Assembly (NCBI GenBank): GCA_048013815.1
Contig: CM106586.1
Span: 22,258,001 to 22,322,000 of the forward strand
Reading direction: 5' to 3'
Origin: Setoptus koraiensis
Taxonomy: Eukaryota > Animalia > Arthropoda
DNA: 64,000 bases
The notes under the pieces were generated by a model, which was not told where the DNA came from, did not search any database, and saw only the letters and a program-made list of their open reading frames with translations. Shown here piece by piece: positions 61,328 through 64,000 of the stretch. The number at the start of each line of letters is the position of its first letter. The first letter of the stretch is position 1. The position numbers were made by a program, and so were the translations under genes.

Positions 61328-63285
61328 CCTGGTTGCGTCAACACCACAGAAATTGATATAAAGAAAGCGTGCAGACTGTCAAAATCATCAAAAGGTTGTG
61401 CTAGTTGTCAAAAAGTTGCATCGGCAAGCAACACAAACAATGCCACCGCTTCATCATCTGCTCCGATCAGTTCAAGTCCAGCAAGTAATACCTCAACTAA
61501 TATCGCAACAACTGATGCAACTGCGGCAAACACAAATCAAGGCAATGCAAAAGTGGCATCAAGTTCCTCTTCACCGTTGCCCCAGCATGAAGTGGCCGCC
61601 TCTGCAGCAGCAGCACATCAACTTCAGCAAATTACAGCTAAATCAATCGACAGCACCGATTGCACAATACCTAACGCGGCAACGTCCCCTAGTCCCGGTC
61701 CTAGTCCCAGTCCCAGCTCAAGCCTTGCCCCGGTGCCTACTACAACGAGCACCCCAACGAACACAACCTGTATAGCTTCTAATAGCAAGCAACAAACATT
61801 ATGTGAGCCCCAGATGACGAAAGCCAACGAGCCAGTATCGCCATCGGCCTCAGCCACATCGGCCTCATCATGTCATCATGCACATCATCATTCGCACATT
61901 CATCCTCATTCTCATCACAACCATCCACATCAGCATCATCACCATCATCATCATCCCTGTCAGCATCATCATTTGCATCATCAACATCAGCATCAACATC
62001 CGCATCATCACCATCAGCATGCTCATCAACATCAGCATTCAACGTCGCAGCAGGCACCACCAGCAACCTCTACACAAACTCCGACATCTTCGACACAAAC
62101 TCCCACACCAGCGACAGCCACAACCACAACACAAGTGATAGCAACGTCAGCTAACAATCCGCCAATATCCACCTGTCACGCCGAAACAATCAAGACAGCA
62201 GTCACAGCAACACCAAATGTGGCATCTAGCCTAAACGTAACTAATACGTCTAATTCTCAGCAGCAACGATCTCTTTCGCCGGCTTCCAATGCGACGCTCG
62301 ATAGACAATTGTCTGAAACTGAAAAACAACCCACACATACTAGCAACAAAGAGAGCTTCTTACAACAGACAGCCAAAAGATTGTCTATAGGGCACCATTC
62401 GATTGGAGGCAGAAAATCCATTGATAGCAACATGGGTGGTGTGCACCAGCAACGTCAAAGGATAAAATCGGCTGCTTTCGTCAGTACAGACATGGATGTG
62501 AGCGACGAAACAAAATTTAATCGTCAACATACTCTGAAAACGTATGAAAGTTGTGATAGCCCCAGGATTAGACAAAGTGACCAAAACATCGATAACCACC
62601 ACCATCATCACCATCATCTTAATGCGACCTCAACAAAGTCATTATCTGGCGCTACCACTTGCAAACAATGTAACCCGAGTAGCATTGAACCGTCAACAAT
62701 CATAGAACCTAGGAGAGATAGTGTGTCACATTGTCGTCAACGCGCAACTTTAACATCGGCCTCGTCAACTACCCAGCAAGACGGATCAATGAGTCAATCT
62801 AGCGAAAGTGAATCTGGTGATCCTGGGGCCGATAGTCTAATGCAATCGAATCCAGAGCAAAGCAAATCTACGCAACAAAATAAAGCATCTTCAAATGTGA
62901 TAAACACTAAAAATTCAAGCTCCACTCGCATCACTACGAGCACACAACAACAGAATATAGGAAACTTAGAGAAGGAATTAGAGTCGCTAAAAATTAGATT
63001 AGATCGTAGGATAGGTGGCGTAAAAATGTCCAAAGTAACGCAATCCTATCTGAGTTATTTCCAACAATGGGCTGAATATGACCCTTTTATCACCACACCC
63101 ATTCCGTCCAATCCTTGGGTGACTGATTCAACTGAGCTTTGGGACTCTGAGAGGCAAACCAAAGATGTTCATTGTAGACGTATTAGACGATGGGCCTTTT
63201 CCTTGAAAGAGCTCCTCAATGATCCAGCCGGCAGAGACCAATTTTTCAGATTTTTAGAAAAGGAGTTCTCAGCAGAGAATTTAAA
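61328..63285 (+). CDS. RGS7: RGS7 coding exon 3 (end of DHEX, long low-complexity insertion, GGL domain, start of RGS box)
   Basis: Acceptor CAAATAG|CCT gives PGCVNTTEIDIKK, in frame with the 61553-63289 ORF. GGL ...KMSKVTQSYLSYFQQWAEYDPFITTPIPSNPW; RGS start RRWAFSLKELLNDPAGRDQFFRFLEKEFSAENL; donor AA|GTGAGT (phase 2). Confidence 0.93.
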
Positions 63286-63436
63286 GTGAGTCTAAGTTGG
63301 TGTTTATGAGTGTCTATATAATTTCTTTTTGATTCAATGCTAACAGTCGCTATTGCGATATCGGTGAAATTGTTTTTGTGCATTATATATTGATTCGTAT
63401 AATTTATTTCTGTGTTCACTCATGTGCAAAAATTAG

Positions 63437-63528
63437 GTTCTGGGATGCAGTTCAAGAGTTGAAACGAGTTCACTCGAGGGATGTGGCAAGGAGAATCGAG
63501 GCTATATGGAATGAATATCTTGCAACTG
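63437..63528 (+). CDS. RGS7: RGS7 coding exon 4 (RGS box)
   Basis: Acceptor AATTAG|G, reads (K)FWDAVQELKRVHSRDVARRIEAIWNEYLAT; donor G|GTAAGT (phase 1). Confidence 0.92.
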
Positions 63529-63640
63529 GTAAGTTGAATTATACAGATTATTGTAATTGCGGCATCTATAAAATTAATCGCTCACATTCTAATAATATGT
63601 TCGACAATTTTTGGCTCTTCTTCCACATCGGTTCTTGTAG

Positions 63641-63906
63641 ATGCGAACTGCCCTATCAATATTGATTCGAAATCGTATGAAACTTCAAAGAAGAATATGG
63701 AAAAGAATCGCAACAATCGCTATATTTTCGACGAAGCAGCCGGACATGTCTATCAGCTTATGAAAAATGATAGTTATCCACGTTATCTAAGATCTGACAT
63801 GTACAAAGACTACAAGGAAGCCTCCGAGAAAAAGAGAACAAATCAAGTTGCATTCGATGTTTTTAAGCCACAAATTACTACTCTCAAGCATAAATTCAAC
63901 TTTTAG
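63641..63906 (+). CDS. RGS7: RGS7 coding exon 5 (end of RGS box, stop TAG)
   Basis: Acceptor TCTTGTAG|AT, reads (D)ANCPINIDSKSYE...FDEAAGHVYQLMKNDSYPRYLRSDMY...; stop at 63904-63906. The five exons sum to 3387 nt in one frame. Confidence 0.93.
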
Positions 63907-64000
63907 GCCTCCTGGAAATCCTGCCTCTCAAAATCCTACTTGGTATGGATATAAAAATTGCAACAAAAATTCCATCGTAAATATTGTCACTACAAAACCA

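Noticed and set aside
61398-62154. Alternative-frame ORFs overlapping RGS7 exon 3, and similar antisense ORFs inside RPAP1 and FoxK
   Set aside because: Shadow ORFs caused by low-complexity codon usage within established CDSs.
1555-63906. RPAP1 and the spliced RGS7 CDS both total 3387 nt (1128 aa)
   Set aside because: Numerical coincidence between unrelated proteins, and the RGS7 start is uncertain.

Overview
Eukaryotic genomic DNA from a compact animal genome. An arthropod, most plausibly a mite, is inferred from protein similarity, intron-poor genes and CpG-rich non-coding DNA; this is not proven. The window has three parts. (1) 0.7-8.3 kb: four tightly packed, apparently intronless genes: a 207-aa protein with 4E-T/Cup-like motifs (+), RPAP1 (-), a short RING + TRAF-type zinc-finger protein (+) and FoxK (-). 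They are separated by only 206, 590 and 31 bp. (2) 8.3-60 kb: a ~52-kb, mostly GC-rich, gene-poor region with a 500-N gap. It is full of micro/minisatellites, short palindromes and GGGCCC words, and is interrupted by AT-rich islands. One island holds an intact single-exon orphan secreted-protein gene (42892-43647), and two islands may hold decayed relatives of it. (3) 60.0-63.9 kb: a five-exon RGS7/EGL-10 gene (DEP-DHEX-GGL-RGS) with a ~525-aa His/Ser/Thr-rich insertion. I found no prokaryotic system, CRISPR array, tRNA/rRNA or recognisable transposase. The best leads are the orphan secreted gene with its possible pseudogene relatives, the miniature 4E-T-like protein, the RGS7 insertion and the pervasive inverted-repeat architecture. 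All homology calls are by eye from recalled motifs and need database confirmation.
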